Assembly (NCBI GenBank): GCA_965541585.1
Contig: CBEUCH010000005.1
Location: 150,245 to 214,244 of the forward strand
DNA from: an uncultured bacterium
Lineage (GTDB): Bacteria > Zixibacteria > MSB-5A5 > UBA10806
Direction of reading: 5' to 3'
Length of the DNA stretch: 64,000 bases
The notes under the pieces were generated by a model. It was not told the origin of the DNA. It did not search any database and saw only the letters and a program-made list of their open reading frames with translations. The position numbers and the translations under genes are program-made. Shown piece after piece: positions 19,227 through 30,414 of the stretch. How positions within the stretch are numbered: position 1 is the stretch's first letter; every line of letters begins with the position of its first letter.

Positions 19227-19607
19227 TTACTTCGTCACTGACATCAGAACCATCTTCACCATTTCCAGCAACCGTTCGCACGAAAACGGTTTCTTTATAA
19301 AAAGATCTCCCCCGGATTCGAAGCTGCGTCCGTCGTCGTCGCCGGCATCCTTGCCAGTAAGAAACAGAACCGGTATCCCCGCCAGATCCGCATTACTCTT
19401 AATAGCGGAGCATACTTCGTAGCCGTCCATAAACGGCATCATGATGTCAAGCAGGATAAGATCGGGCTTGAACGCCTTGACGCTCTCGACTGCATCAACG
19501 GGAGAATTTTCGACCTTGACCTGATATCCGACGTTGGTCAGGAATGCCTTGACAATATCCGTAATTTCGGGCTCGTCGTCCACTACCAGTATTTTATGAT
19601 TCTTCAT
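19227..19607 (-). CDS. Single-domain response regulator (receiver)
   Basis: ILVVDDE, PDLILLDIMMP, FLT, KPF; start placed at MKNHKIL. Confidence 0.93.
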   Translation of the reverse strand: MKNHKILVVDDEPEITDIVKAFLTNVGYQVKVENSPVDAVESVKAFKPDLILLDIMMPFMDGYEVCSAIKSNADLAGIPVLFLTGKDAGDDDGRSFESGGDLFIKKPFSCERLLEMVKMVLMSVTK

Positions 19608-20442
19608 TGCCAATTTTCCCCGTCCCATAAAATTCGGCTCGGCGATCTTTCCATAAGTCATTCTTCAAATTAATGACCTTATTATCACTTGCCCTGGTAT
19701 CTATATCGGCAATCCCATATTCTTCTTTATCTTTTGATGCCCTGTAGAGAATTTCACCTTCGGGCGATAGTATCTGACTTTCTCCCGTAAATCCGAAATC
19801 GAAATCGCCCCGGGCCTCACGACCTATCCTGTTGGCCGTAATCGCAAAGATGCGATTTTCCAGACAACGGGTGATCATGGCGTTCTGGCAATACGACATC
19901 ACAAGATTGGCGGGATGACATATCAGATGAGCCCCCCGAAGCGCCAGCGCCCTGGCGACCTCGGGATATATCCAGTCGTAACAGATCATCATACCGATCC
20001 TGCAACCACGGAATTCAAAAACATTCAACGTCTTATCGCCGTCGTCGAACCACTCTTTCTCATAGTAATATAGATGGAGCTTGCGATAGACCTCGATCTC
20101 GCCCTCGGGAGAGACGAATGCGCAGGAATTATACAGGCATCCACTATGAGTTTCGGGGAAACCGTATATGATACCACAATCAAGCCTGGTAGAGAGTTCT
20201 CTCATACGTTTCATGGTGAAACCATCGGGGACATTTTCAGCAACGGAGGCGGTCTCATTCCTGGACGTGAACGTATACCCCGAGAATGACAGTTCAGGCA
20301 AAACGATCAGGTCAGCATCGACCGATGCCATCATGGACCCGGCCCTCTCGATATTATCGGAGATCCGGCCAAAATGCGGGTTGAATTGTACGACTGCTAC
20401 TCGCATGCGCTCGACCTTAAAAGAATATCCACTCTCGGTCAA
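19594..20442 (-). CDS. Nitrilase/carbon-nitrogen hydrolase family protein
   Basis: LIVLPEL, YRKLHL, MICYDW (E-K-C triad), ANRIG; alternative start MRVAVV at 20406. Confidence 0.92.
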   Translation of the reverse strand: MTESGYSFKVERMRVAVVQFNPHFGRISDNIERAGSMMASVDADLIVLPELSFSGYTFTSRNETASVAENVPDGFTMKRMRELSTRLDCGIIYGFPETHSGCLYNSCAFVSPEGEIEVYRKLHLYYYEKEWFDDGDKTLNVFEFRGCRIGMMICYDWIYPEVARALALRGAHLICHPANLVMSYCQNAMITRCLENRIFAITANRIGREARGDFDFGFTGESQILSPEGEILYRASKDKEEYGIADIDTRASDNKVINLKNDLWKDRRAEFYGTGKIGNEES

Positions 20443-20487
20443 GCTGAAAGTTGTTGAAATCCTGGTGTAAAACGGTAATGTTGGGGG

Positions 20488-21516
20488 ATGGACAGAGTTA
20501 ACTTAAAGGAGATGAACAGATCTGAACTGGAGAGTTTTGTATTTTCTCTGGGCCTCGAGCCCTTTCGGGGAAGACAGATATTTAGATGGATCTTTCGGGA
20601 AGGCGTTACGGGATTCGACTCAATGACAGATCTCTCCAGGAAACTCAGGATGGAATTCAATGAAAAAACTTTCATAAGCAGGCTATCCGTTGAGAGGATG
20701 CTGGAATCCACTGATGGCTCCACCAGGTTTATCTTCAGACTCGATGATGGTTTTTTCATTGAATCAGTGCTCATACCCGAAAAAGGGCGTTTGACCTTAT
20801 GCGTTTCAAGCCAGGCGGGATGCGCTCTTCGTTGTAAGTTTTGCGCTACGGGCCGGATGGGATTCGAGCGCAATCTAACCGCCAGCGAAATAGTAGATCA
20901 ATTGCTGCAGGTTCAGAAATACTCCGATAACAGAATCACAAATGTGGTCTTCATGGGCATGGGGGAACCGACATTGAATTTGAATAACGTGCTCAAGGCT
21001 TGCGAGATCATGTCCGACGACTATGGCCCTTCCCTATCACGAAAAAAAATCACCATCTCTACGGTGGGCGTTGTGCATGCTCTAAAAAGATTCGTATCGC
21101 GGGCCGGCAAGTTGGGACTTGCCGTATCACTCCATTCGGCGGATGAACAGGTTCGCAAAAAGATCATGCCGGTGGCGCAAGAAAACAGCCTGCAGGATAT
21201 CCTGGCCGAGGCGAAACGGTATACCGAGCTTTCTGGAAGGCGGGTCAGTTTCGAATACCTTTTACTGGGAAACGTTACTGATTCTATAGAGGATGCCGCC
21301 AGACTGGTGAAGCTGATACACGGCATACCATGCAAGATAAATCTCATACGATACAATCCTACAATGGGACTGCCCTTCAAAAGGCCTCAAGAGAGAGATG
21401 TCCAGGGATTTAAAGAATACCTGTATCCCAGAACCTATGCCGTAACCGTAAGGGAGAGCCGGGGACTGGATATCGGCGGGGCTTGCGGTCAGCTTGCCGG
21501 GGAGCTCTTAGCCTGA
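20488..21516 (+). CDS. rlmN: 23S rRNA/tRNA m2A methyltransferase RlmN
   Basis: CVSSQAGCALRCKFC, VFMGMGEP, SLHS, NLI.YNP, DIGGACGQL. Confidence 0.96.
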   Translation: MDRVNLKEMNRSELESFVFSLGLEPFRGRQIFRWIFREGVTGFDSMTDLSRKLRMEFNEKTFISRLSVERMLESTDGSTRFIFRLDDGFFIESVLIPEKGRLTLCVSSQAGCALRCKFCATGRMGFERNLTASEIVDQLLQVQKYSDNRITNVVFMGMGEPTLNLNNVLKACEIMSDDYGPSLSRKKITISTVGVVHALKRFVSRAGKLGLAVSLHSADEQVRKKIMPVAQENSLQDILAEAKRYTELSGRRVSFEYLLLGNVTDSIEDAARLVKLIHGIPCKINLIRYNPTMGLPFKRPQERDVQGFKEYLYPRTYAVTVRESRGLDIGGACGQLAGELLA

Positions 21517-21791
21517 GTGTTGTCTTTTGATTTCTTATCCTTTTTGGAAGATGAAGAGTCGGCTTTAGGTTCAGGCCGTTTGTCCTTATCAGCCGCCTTT
21601 TTATAGCTATCCGAGCGGTAATCGGTGATGTGAAACCCGGAGCCTTTAAACAGCAGTCCCGATCCCGCCGAGATTAACCTCTTGACTTTCCCATCGCACC
21701 GGGGGCAGGATGATACGGGTGGATCGGTTATCTGCTGGAATTCTTCAAACCTGGCTCCGCATTCATGACATTTGTACTCATAGGTAGGCAT
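21489..21791 (-). CDS. FmdB family zinc-ribbon regulatory protein
   Basis: MPTYEYKCHECG...CPRC...FKGSGFHITDY; converges on and overlaps rlmN by 28 nt. Confidence 0.92.
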   Translation of the reverse strand: MPTYEYKCHECGARFEEFQQITDPPVSSCPRCDGKVKRLISAGSGLLFKGSGFHITDYRSDSYKKAADKDKRPEPKADSSSSKKDKKSKDNTQAKSSPAS

Positions 21792-21792
21792 A

Positions 21793-22221
21793 TCAGTCCC
21801 CTCCTAAAACAGCGGCATGGGATTTCCCCACGTAATCGGCAAACGTTTCTATATCCTCGAAAACTTTCTCTGAGCAAAACCGGACCACCCAGTTTGTTTT
21901 CATTCCGGTGATTGTCCATACAGGGATCCCCCTCTTGAAGCTTTCCCAGATCTCGATCCCAGTCCCCAGGGAGGCGGCCGGCAGATAAGCGATCACAAGG
22001 TCGCAATTCTCCATCTCTGCAAGAGAACCATAAAAGGTCGCTTTGCCCTTTTCGTCATCGTAGTCAACCGATTGCAGATGACCATCCAGTGGATCGTAAA
22101 TCGCAGCCTCCGGATATGCTTTCCGGAGGATCGATTTGATCTTTTCGCGGTAATGCTGCGAGTGGATCGCTCTATTTTTATTGGAGCCCTGAATAATCCC
22201 GGCCAGAAAGATCTTTCTCAT
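21793..22221 (-). CDS. Nucleoside 2-deoxyribosyltransferase-like protein
   Basis: IFLAG, IYDP, CDLVIAYL..ASLGTGIEI motif. Confidence 0.7.
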   Translation of the reverse strand: MRKIFLAGIIQGSNKNRAIHSQHYREKIKSILRKAYPEAAIYDPLDGHLQSVDYDDEKGKATFYGSLAEMENCDLVIAYLPAASLGTGIEIWESFKRGIPVWTITGMKTNWVVRFCSEKVFEDIETFADYVGKSHAAVLGGD

Positions 22222-22315
22222 CTTGAATTTTGAACCTCTGTTTGTGCATCCTTAGTTCCGCCATAACCTTACAAATGTATAAAAATCGCCTACATTTATC
22301 AATAGCCGGATTTAT

Positions 22316-22723
22316 TTATCTGCCAGCGACAACTAAATAGACCCAGTTGGCGAGGAACAGACCGATTATCCCTGCCCGAAGAGCTTTTTTCTGTCCTTCA
22401 CTGAAATATGCGATGATGCCTTTTTTTGAGACTGCACTGAATAACGAAAACAATGAAAACGCCATGATTCCCGCCGCAAACAAAAATAACATCGGATTTA
22501 ACAAAAACGATGAGGCGATATCAAATTGAGAGAGGGCTACCAGGGAACGTGTGGCGCCGCAGGTCAGGCAGGGGATTCCAGTCAATCTATGAAATAGGCA
22601 AGGCGGCAGGAGATCGAGAAAATCCTTTAAGAAACCTGCGGTAATAACAAAAAGCAAGGCCATCGGCCCCCAGATGATATGGATTGACCCGATCGCTGGA
22701 TTACTCTGGACGTAAACTCTCAC
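22316..22723 (-). CDS. DUF2752-like membrane protein
   Basis: PCLFHRLTGIPCLTCGATRS motif plus TM helices. Confidence 0.85.
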   Translation of the reverse strand: MRVYVQSNPAIGSIHIIWGPMALLFVITAGFLKDFLDLLPPCLFHRLTGIPCLTCGATRSLVALSQFDIASSFLLNPMLFLFAAGIMAFSLFSLFSAVSKKGIIAYFSEGQKKALRAGIIGLFLANWVYLVVAGR

Positions 22724-22782
22724 GTTTATATCTTTTTTAGTTTTAAGACGGCCTCATCCATCAGTCTGGCCGCCCCGGAAGT

Positions 22783-23598
22783 CTAATAATTATACCCGCT
22801 TCCCATCATTTCCTGAAATAATCCTGTCAACGCCACTCCAAATACAAAGGTCAGGATAATCCCCAGACAGCAACAGACAATTATAGGCAGGAAAATCACT
22901 AACGCTGCCCTGCCTCCAGTTTTAGTCTGCGTATGCTTCAGCCCGATTATCGCCAGAACCAGCGCCCATATCCATCCAATGGTTCCACCGCACATCGGTA
23001 CGATCATAAAGGCCGCCGGCCCGGAGGCATAAGCGAATGTCCTGAAGGTTGCCTCGAAATCTTCTGCGGCCCAGCCGAACATCATCATAATCAAATGGAA
23101 AACGCCGGTGATGATAAAAAGCCCAATTATAATAGGAATCGGCGCCAGGATCACATATAGAAACGAGAAACCTGTCTGAAGTCCGGTTGTCCAGTAAAAA
23201 TCCTCCATGGGGAAATACCCTGTAAACGCATCCATCCAGAATCCGACAAGGAGTAAACCCCATAACTGCTCCACCGCCACTCCCAACCACACAACGATTA
23301 GCGCATAAAGCAGGGGACTTCCTATTCCACCCTTGAGTGGCAACGCCGAAAAAAACCTGTTCGGATAAAAAACCGATTCTTTCCATGTCTGCCAGAGCCC
23401 CCCGAAAAAACCTGTATTCTCCCTGTCCTCCCAGGCAACATATTCTCTCTCGGGCGATGGTGGTAGAGGCATCGATGGCTGTTCAGGTTGCGGGCTTTCC
23501 GATTTCGGTTCCTCAAACGGTTTTCCGCAATTGCTGCAGAACGACGTTCCCTCCTGACGGGGCTGGCCGCAATTCGGGCACTTATCCTGGAACTCCAC
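22783..23598 (-). CDS. Zinc-ribbon plus YIP1-like membrane protein
   Basis: CPNCG...FCSNCG, WEDRE, P..FF, about five TM helices, FEATFRTFAY. Confidence 0.8.
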   Translation of the reverse strand: MEFQDKCPNCGQPRQEGTSFCSNCGKPFEEPKSESPQPEQPSMPLPPSPEREYVAWEDRENTGFFGGLWQTWKESVFYPNRFFSALPLKGGIGSPLLYALIVVWLGVAVEQLWGLLLVGFWMDAFTGYFPMEDFYWTTGLQTGFSFLYVILAPIPIIIGLFIITGVFHLIMMMFGWAAEDFEATFRTFAYASGPAAFMIVPMCGGTIGWIWALVLAIIGLKHTQTKTGGRAALVIFLPIIVCCCLGIILTFVFGVALTGLFQEMMGSGYNY

Positions 23599-23817
23599 GG
23601 CGGCACTCCTTTCTTTTATTCAGACATAATTTCATTATTCAATTCAGCCAACCATCAAACCGTTGCATTTTACCATACGGCGGTCAGGATGTGCAAGTTG
23701 CAATCCGACCATTTTATGGGTATATGGAAAAGAAGGGAGAATAACAGCGCGATATATGAATACTACTATAAATGACGATTCTCCGCAGTGCTAAACTATA
23801 ACTCTCATCATTCCCGG

Positions 23818-24910
23818 TCAGTCCCCCTTATGCGCCAGAAAAGCACGAATAAACTGGCCGATATCGCCGTCCATAACGGCATTGGTATTGGACGTCTCCT
23901 GATTGGTCCTGTGATCCTTCACCATGCTGTAGGGATGGAAAACATAAGACCGTATCTGCGACCCCCATTCAATCTTCTTTTTCGATGCCTCCACCTTTGC
24001 CAGTTTGGCGCGTTCTTCATCCAGCGCCTTCTGGTACAGGCGAGCCTTCAAAACCTTCAGGGCCGAATCACGGTTTTTGTGCTGCGATCGCTCGCTCTGA
24101 CACTGCACTACGACGCCCGTGGGAATATGGGTTATCCGCACAGCCGATGACGTCTTGTTTACATGCTGGCCGCCCGCACCCGACGCCCGGTAGGTATCGA
24201 TCTTTAAATCGTCCGGTTTTATCTCGATATTGATCTCCTCGTTCGTCTCCGGGTAGATGAAAACAGAGGCAAACGACGTATGTCGTCTTTTGTTGGCATC
24301 GAATGGCGAGATTCTCACAAGCCTGTGCACACCCGACTCGGATCTTAAAAACCCATAGGCATAATCGCCCTTGATCTCGACCGTGACGGATTTGATCCCG
24401 GCCTCCTCTCCGGACTGGTAATCCATCATATCGGTCTGGAAACCATGTTCCTCTGCCCACCGCAAATACATCCTGAGAAGCATGGAGGCCCAGTCCTGGG
24501 ACTCGGTTCCGCCCGCGCCGGGATGTATTGCCAGAATGGCATCCAGCCGGTCTTCCTCATTCGAGAGAAAACTGCGAAACTCAAACTCTTCGAGCTTCCT
24601 GGAAATCTCATCGGCATGAGAGTAGATCTCGTCTCGAATCGACTCGTCGCCATCGGCAACGGAGAGCGATATAAGCTCGGCCGTATCGTCTATATCCCGT
24701 TTCAGAGTTTCCCAGAGGGAGATGGTTTGTCTTAAGGAACTTAACTTCTTAAGAGTGCTTTGAGCCTTTTTATTGTCGTCCCAGAAATTGTCGGCATGCG
24801 TCTCCCGTTCAAGCTTCTGAGCATCGGAGCGGATCTTTTCTATCTCAAAGATACCCCCGAAGCTTTTCCAATCGAGCCTTCAAATTATCTATATCAACCG
24901 TAATTTCCAT
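23818..24910 (-). CDS. prfB: Peptide chain release factor 2, programmed +1 frameshift at codon 21
   Basis: ATG 24910, 21 codons to CGGGGG-TAT-CTT-TGA-G, continuing in +1 frame through FWDD, GAGGTES, SPF and GGQ motifs. Confidence 0.97.
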
Positions 24911-24911
24911 T

Positions 24912-26138
24912 TTAGTTCTTTCTGCCCACCCTGAAATAGTCTTTTTTCCCTAACTTTAGAATGATATCATCGCCGTCCGATATCTTATGAGCCTTATCCT
25001 TGATGGTTTCGCCATTGATCTTAACGCCACCCTGCTTCATTAACCTGATGGCCGCGCTCGTAGAACCCGCTATACCCGAGGCACAGATGACATGTGGCAA
25101 CCAGGCTTCGTTATTTTCATCGAACTCCACCCGCAGATCCGGTATTTCGTCGGGGGTCTCCCTCCGTGAAAATTGTTTTTCGAAATTGGCCTGAGCTTTG
25201 TCGGCAACGCCGCTATCGTGATAGATTCTCACAAGTTCCCGGGCCAGCCTCTTCTTCAAATCCATGGGATTGATCCCGTCAGATTCGAGTTGTCCCTTTA
25301 CCAGATCGAGCTCCCCGGAATCAATATCGGTCGCCAGCTTGAAATAATCGTAAATCAGGGTATCGGGGATGGACATGGTCTTGCCATATATTTGATCCGG
25401 CGGATCTTCAATGGCAATATAATTACCCAGTGATTTAGACATCTTCTCCACGCCATCGGTGCCCACCAGAAGCGGCATGGTAATGACCACCTGGGGTTGC
25501 TGGTCATACTCCCTCTGCAGATCCCGTCCGACGAGAAGGTTGAATTTCTGATCAGTCCCCCCCAGTTCGATATCGGCTTTTAGAGCCACGGAATCATATC
25601 CCTGCACCAGAGGGTACATAAACTCCAGCATACTTATGGGCCGACCCTCGGAGTAACGCCTCGAGAAATCATCCCGTTCCAATATTCTCGCAATCGTATA
25701 ATGCGAAGTAAGAGATAAGACTTCATCAAATTTCATGGGAGAACACCAGCGAGAATTAAAATCTATGACTGTTTTCTCAGGATCCAAAACTTTGAAGATC
25801 TGTTTTTTATAGGTCTCGGCGTTTTCGCTAACTTCCTTTCTGCTCATGGCCCTCCGAGTGGTTGTTCTCCCGGATGGATCGCCTATCATACCGGTGAAAT
25901 CGCCAATCAAAAAGACCACGGTATGACCGAGATCCTGAAACGTCTTCAGCTTGTTTATCGATACCATGTGGCCGATATGCAGATCCGGCGCCGTGGGATC
26001 GAATCCTTGCTTGACGATCAATGGCTCGCCGGTCTTGTAAGAAGTTTTGAGCTTTTCTAAGAGTTCCTCTTCCCGGATAATCTCCACTGTTCCACGCTCA
26101 ATCAGTTCAAACTGTTTCTCAGGTTTTGTCTCAATCAT
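24912..26138 (-). CDS. tyrS: Tyrosine--tRNA ligase
   Basis: [27 protein letters not shown]-terminal S4 domain. Confidence 0.98.
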   Translation of the reverse strand: MIETKPEKQFELIERGTVEIIREEELLEKLKTSYKTGEPLIVKQGFDPTAPDLHIGHMVSINKLKTFQDLGHTVVFLIGDFTGMIGDPSGRTTTRRAMSRKEVSENAETYKKQIFKVLDPEKTVIDFNSRWCSPMKFDEVLSLTSHYTIARILERDDFSRRYSEGRPISMLEFMYPLVQGYDSVALKADIELGGTDQKFNLLVGRDLQREYDQQPQVVITMPLLVGTDGVEKMSKSLGNYIAIEDPPDQIYGKTMSIPDTLIYDYFKLATDIDSGELDLVKGQLESDGINPMDLKKRLARELVRIYHDSGVADKAQANFEKQFSRRETPDEIPDLRVEFDENNEAWLPHVICASGIAGSTSAAIRLMKQGGVKINGETIKDKAHKISDGDDIILKLGKKDYFRVGRKN

Positions 26139-26250
26139 CTGGAACCCTTTCCGACCTAATTCATAAAATTAACGTAGGTTGAACCTTATTGCAAGGGAAT
26201 AGTAGCGTTTTGAACTTGACAGCAGTCCGGGCTGAGGTTACTAAAGAGCT

Positions 26251-28398
26251 ATGACGATAATCTACAGATACCGGCCATCGGGTCGAATGAAATACGTCTA
26301 CTGGGGCTGCGGTCTGATAATACTCGCAGCTCTTATGGGCATCAGTATTTCAGTAATTTTCCAGAAAGATCTGCCGTCTCCGGCACAGCTTTCCAACATA
26401 CAGCCGAACCTGATAACCCGGGTTTATGATAGAAACGGCCATTCATTGATGGAGTATTATACTGAGAGAAGAATTCTAATTCCTTTCAATCAGATTCCGC
26501 CTTATCTGGTCGATTGCCTGCTGGCTACCGAGGATAGAAAATTCTTCAGCCACTGGGGTGTAGATACCCGGAGAATAGTGGGTGCTACGATACACAACAT
26601 AATGGAATTCGACCTGACGGCAGAAGGAGCCTCGACGATCACTCAGCAATTAGCTCGATCCTTATTCCTGACGCGCGAGAAGACCTATATCAGGAAGATC
26701 AAGGAGGCTTTAACCGCTCTCAAGATCGAGCGGACGTATTCCAAAAATGAAATACTTCAGATGTATCTCAACCACAGCTACTTTGGCCCCGGAGCCTACG
26801 GTATCCAGGCCGCCGCGCAGTTATATTTTTCGAAAGACGCTCAGGAACTGACATTGTCGGAAAGCGCCATACTGATAGGTTTGCTTAAAGCACCCAGCAG
26901 GTATTCCCCACTGGACTACCCTGAAAGGGCTGTCAAGAGACGTAATATCGCACTGAACTCAATGGCCGAATACGGAAGAATTTCAAAGACCATGTCTGAC
27001 AGTCTCCAGCAGTTGCTGCTGGAGATTAATCCGGCTGAGCGTAAGACGGCCATTGCCCCGTATTTCACGGAGCTCGTCCGGCAGCATATTCTCAAGGAAT
27101 ACGGAGAGGTAGCGCTTTACTCATCGGGCCTGGCTATCTACACGACTCTCGATCTGGAAATGCAGGAGACGGCCGAAGCCGCTCTCCTTGAAGAGTTGGA
27201 CAAAAGGCAGACGGAGCTGGAGGAGTTTTATCCGCCCGACGATGAGAATTACACCATTCTGGTTCCCGATACGCTTGGCGGGCCGGATAGCATTCGCGTT
27301 TACAAGCAGCTCCAGGGTATGTTCCTTGCAATAGATAATGAAACAGGCGCGGTCCTGGCGTTCATAGGAGGAAAGGACTTCAGAACGAGCAAATTCAACC
27401 GGGTTGTGCAGGCGTTGAGGCAACCGGGCTCATCTTTCAAACCTTTCGTCTATACGACGGCCATAGACAACGGTTTTACACCATCGGATAAACTGCTTGA
27501 TTCGCCCATTGTTCTCACCGTGGGTGGCGAAGAATGGCGGCCGGATAATTTCGATATGACTTTTAAGGGGGAAATGACGATTCGCAATGGTCTAAGGGCC
27601 TCCAGGAATCTCGTCGCCATCAAACTTATGATGGATCCTCTGGTGACGCCTCAGCAGGTTGCCGATTACGCCCGTAGAATGGGAATAACCACGTATTTGA
27701 ATCCGGTGCCGTCGCTGGCTATCGGCTCCTCAGAGGTAACCCTGTGGGAAATGGTGGCTGCCTTCTCAATCTTCCCTAACGGCGGAATTCTTAGAAAACC
27801 GTTCTACATAACTAAAGTAATCGACCGCAATGGCTTCGTGGGATATGAAAAGACTAAAGCGGACCAGGAGGAGGTTCTCTCCGAGCAGACCACTTATATC
27901 ATCACCAATATGCTGGAGACAGTGGTAAATCATGGCACCGGTATCGGCGCCCGCCTCAGGGGATTCAAACGTCCCGCAGGAGGCAAGACGGGCACCACCA
28001 ACGGCTTCACCGATAACTGGTTTATCGGATTCATTCCTCAAATGACTTGCGGGGTATGGATTGGATTCGACGATAAAACCAAGATCGGCACTACCAGGGG
28101 CGAGGTCGGCGCCTCCACGGCACTGCCCGTATGGACTGCGTTCATGAAGGCGGTAACCGATACCATTCCGGTCAGAGAATTCCCGGTTCCTCCCGGTATT
28201 TACACAACCACTATCTGCCTTGATTCCGGCGAACTGGCAAAAGCAGAATGTCCCAAAACTGTTACCGATATCTATACCGACGAGACGCTGCCAAAAACGG
28301 AATGCCGCCTGGATCACAGATCATCCCGAACGGCAAAGGACAACCAGAAAAGATTCAGAATAGATGATAAAAAGAAGGGGGAGAAAACCCGTTTTTAA
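26251..28398 (+). CDS. mrcA: Class A penicillin-binding protein (PBP1A family)
   Basis: EDRKFFSHWG, GASTITQQL, RKIKE transglycosylase motifs; SSFK, SRN, KTG transpeptidase motifs. Confidence 0.93.
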   Translation: MTIIYRYRPSGRMKYVYWGCGLIILAALMGISISVIFQKDLPSPAQLSNIQPNLITRVYDRNGHSLMEYYTERRILIPFNQIPPYLVDCLLATEDRKFFSHWGVDTRRIVGATIHNIMEFDLTAEGASTITQQLARSLFLTREKTYIRKIKEALTALKIERTYSKNEILQMYLNHSYFGPGAYGIQAAAQLYFSKDAQELTLSESAILIGLLKAPSRYSPLDYPERAVKRRNIALNSMAEYGRISKTMSDSLQQLLLEINPAERKTAIAPYFTELVRQHILKEYGEVALYSSGLAIYTTLDLEMQETAEAALLEELDKRQTELEEFYPPDDENYTILVPDTLGGPDSIRVYKQLQGMFLAIDNETGAVLAFIGGKDFRTSKFNRVVQALRQPGSSFKPFVYTTAIDNGFTPSDKLLDSPIVLTVGGEEWRPDNFDMTFKGEMTIRNGLRASRNLVAIKLMMDPLVTPQQVADYARRMGITTYLNPVPSLAIGSSEVTLWEMVAAFSIFPNGGILRKPFYITKVIDRNGFVGYEKTKADQEEVLSEQTTYIITNMLETVVNHGTGIGARLRGFKRPAGGKTGTTNGFTDNWFIGFIPQMTCGVWIGFDDKTKIGTTRGEVGASTALPVWTAFMKAVTDTIPVREFPVPPGIYTTTICLDSGELAKAECPKTVTDIYTDETLPKTECRLDHRSSRTAKDNQKRFRIDDKKKGEKTRF

Positions 28399-29696
28399 GT
28401 GATCCTCTCCATGATAAGGACTGGAGGATCGAATTTCTCCTGCCCCACTTGTATCAATTCTGTTAGTCTCTGCGAGACCATTGTAGCCTGTGAACGATCT
28501 CTGGCATGAATTTCTACTATAGGCTCGCCGGAGGTAACTTTATCGCCTATCTTCTTGCAGAACCTTAATCCGACCAAAGGGTCAATAATATCATCTTTCG
28601 TTTTACGACCTCCCCCCAAAGATACGATAAGCTGTCCGATTGATGCCGTCTTGAATCTCTGTAAGTATCCATCATCCAATGCTTTACATTCGATCACTGA
28701 CCCTGCAGTCGGCAGGCTTGAGGGCTCAAATTTGGACAGGTCGCCCTTCTGGAAAACCACCATCTTCTCAAATTTCTCATAGGCCGAACCGTCGCTTAGT
28801 TTTCTCTCAAGCAGGGTTCTTGCCATGTCCTCTTTTTCTTCTACACCGGCTACCAGCAGCATCTCCACGCCGAGTGCCAGAGTAACCTGATAGAGGTCGG
28901 GACTGCATTGGCCGCGCAGCGCGTCTATCGCTTCTGCAACCTCCATCATATTGCCGGCAGTATTCCCCAGCGGTTGACTCATATCGGTGATAAGCGCCCG
29001 GACGCTCCGGCCCATCGCTTTGCCGACACCCATCAGGCTCTCGACGAGTTCCCGGGCTGATTCCATCTCCTTCATAAAGGCGCCATTGCCACACTTGATA
29101 TCGAATACCAGACCACCAGGTCCGGCGGCGAATTTTTTTGAAAGAATCGAACCGCAAATCAGAGGAATGGATTCCACGGTTGCGGTGACGTCCCTCAACG
29201 CATACATCATCCGATCCGCCGGAGCCATCTGCGACGTCTGCCCGGAAATGACACATCCAACCTCCTCGACGCCCTTCATGAACTCCTCGATGGAGAGGTT
29301 GGTACTATAGCCCGGGATCGATTCAAGTTTATCAAGCGTGCCGCCGGTATGTCCCAATCCTCTCCCGGATAACATGGGAACCTTCACGCCGCAGGATGCT
29401 ACCAGGGGAGCTAAGATAAGCGAGACCTTGTCTCCTACTCCGCCGGTCGAGTGCTTATCGACATAAATGCGATTGGGCTCTGGAAAGATAACCCTCTCCC
29501 CCGACTCCAACATCGATTCAGTCAATTGGCTTATCTCTTCGAACTCCATGCCCCTCAAGTAGATAGCCATCAACAAAGCCGACATCTGGTAGTCTTTTAT
29601 ATCGCCTTCTAAAAACGAATTGATGAAAAATGATATCTCATTGCTTGAGAGTTTCTGACCGTCGCGTTTCCTTGCGATTATCTCTACGGCATTCAT
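28395..29696 (-). CDS. pdp: Pyrimidine-nucleoside/thymidine phosphorylase
   Basis: MNAVEIIARKRDG, DKHSTGGVGDK, SGRGLGHTGGTLDKLE. Confidence 0.95.
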   Translation of the reverse strand: MNAVEIIARKRDGQKLSSNEISFFINSFLEGDIKDYQMSALLMAIYLRGMEFEEISQLTESMLESGERVIFPEPNRIYVDKHSTGGVGDKVSLILAPLVASCGVKVPMLSGRGLGHTGGTLDKLESIPGYSTNLSIEEFMKGVEEVGCVISGQTSQMAPADRMMYALRDVTATVESIPLICGSILSKKFAAGPGGLVFDIKCGNGAFMKEMESARELVESLMGVGKAMGRSVRALITDMSQPLGNTAGNMMEVAEAIDALRGQCSPDLYQVTLALGVEMLLVAGVEEKEDMARTLLERKLSDGSAYEKFEKMVVFQKGDLSKFEPSSLPTAGSVIECKALDDGYLQRFKTASIGQLIVSLGGGRKTKDDIIDPLVGLRFCKKIGDKVTSGEPIVEIHARDRSQATMVSQRLTELIQVGQEKFDPPVLIMERIT

Positions 29697-29724
29697 GCTG
29701 ATCTGTATTAGAATTTTCCTGTCG

Positions 29725-30414
29725 TCAGCAATTGAAACCGGCAACTATTTGTACTGCCTGCGATGTTCCTATTCGGGTAGCGCCGGCCTCGATCATTTTC
29801 AAGGCCGTGTTTAAATCACGAATTCCACCGGCGGCCTTTACGCCCGGTTTGTCCCCGACTGTTCTTCTCATCAGGGCGACGTCTTCAACTACCGCCCCGG
29901 ATGGTCCGAATCCTGTTGACGTCTTAACAAAATCTGCTCCGGCCGCCATGGCTAACCTGCAACCTTCTATTTTCTCTTCCTCCGTCAAGTAGCAGTTTTC
30001 GAGAATGACCTTGGAGATTATATTCCCGGACGTAGCATCGACAACCGCGGCTATGTCCTTCTGAACAAATCCTAATTTGCTATCCTTTAATGCGCCGATA
30101 TTAATGACCATATCGATCTCGTCCGCACCCAGCGATTCAGCTTCCTTAGCTTGAAAGACCTTTGAGGCCGTGGAATCAGCCCCCAGAGGAAATCCTGCTA
30201 CCGTGCAAATCTTCACCTCGGAGCCGTCGAGCAACGTCCTGCATCTTCCTATGTGGATTGGATGAACACATACCGCCCAGAAGCCAATCTCCAGGGCCTC
30301 GTGGCAGAGCTTCTCGATCCCGGCCACCGTGGCATCGGGGCTTAGCAGTGTGTGATCCATGATACCGGCCAAATCGGAGGCTTGCATGGATCGGCGGTCT
30401 TCGCCAGCCTTCAT
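29725..30414 (-). CDS. deoC: Deoxyribose-phosphate aldolase
   Basis: DHTLL, GFPLG, EIDMVIN, FVKTSTGF, KAAGGIR. Confidence 0.97.
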   Translation of the reverse strand: MKAGEDRRSMQASDLAGIMDHTLLSPDATVAGIEKLCHEALEIGFWAVCVHPIHIGRCRTLLDGSEVKICTVAGFPLGADSTASKVFQAKEAESLGADEIDMVINIGALKDSKLGFVQKDIAAVVDATSGNIISKVILENCYLTEEEKIEGCRLAMAAGADFVKTSTGFGPSGAVVEDVALMRRTVGDKPGVKAAGGIRDLNTALKMIEAGATRIGTSQAVQIVAGFNC

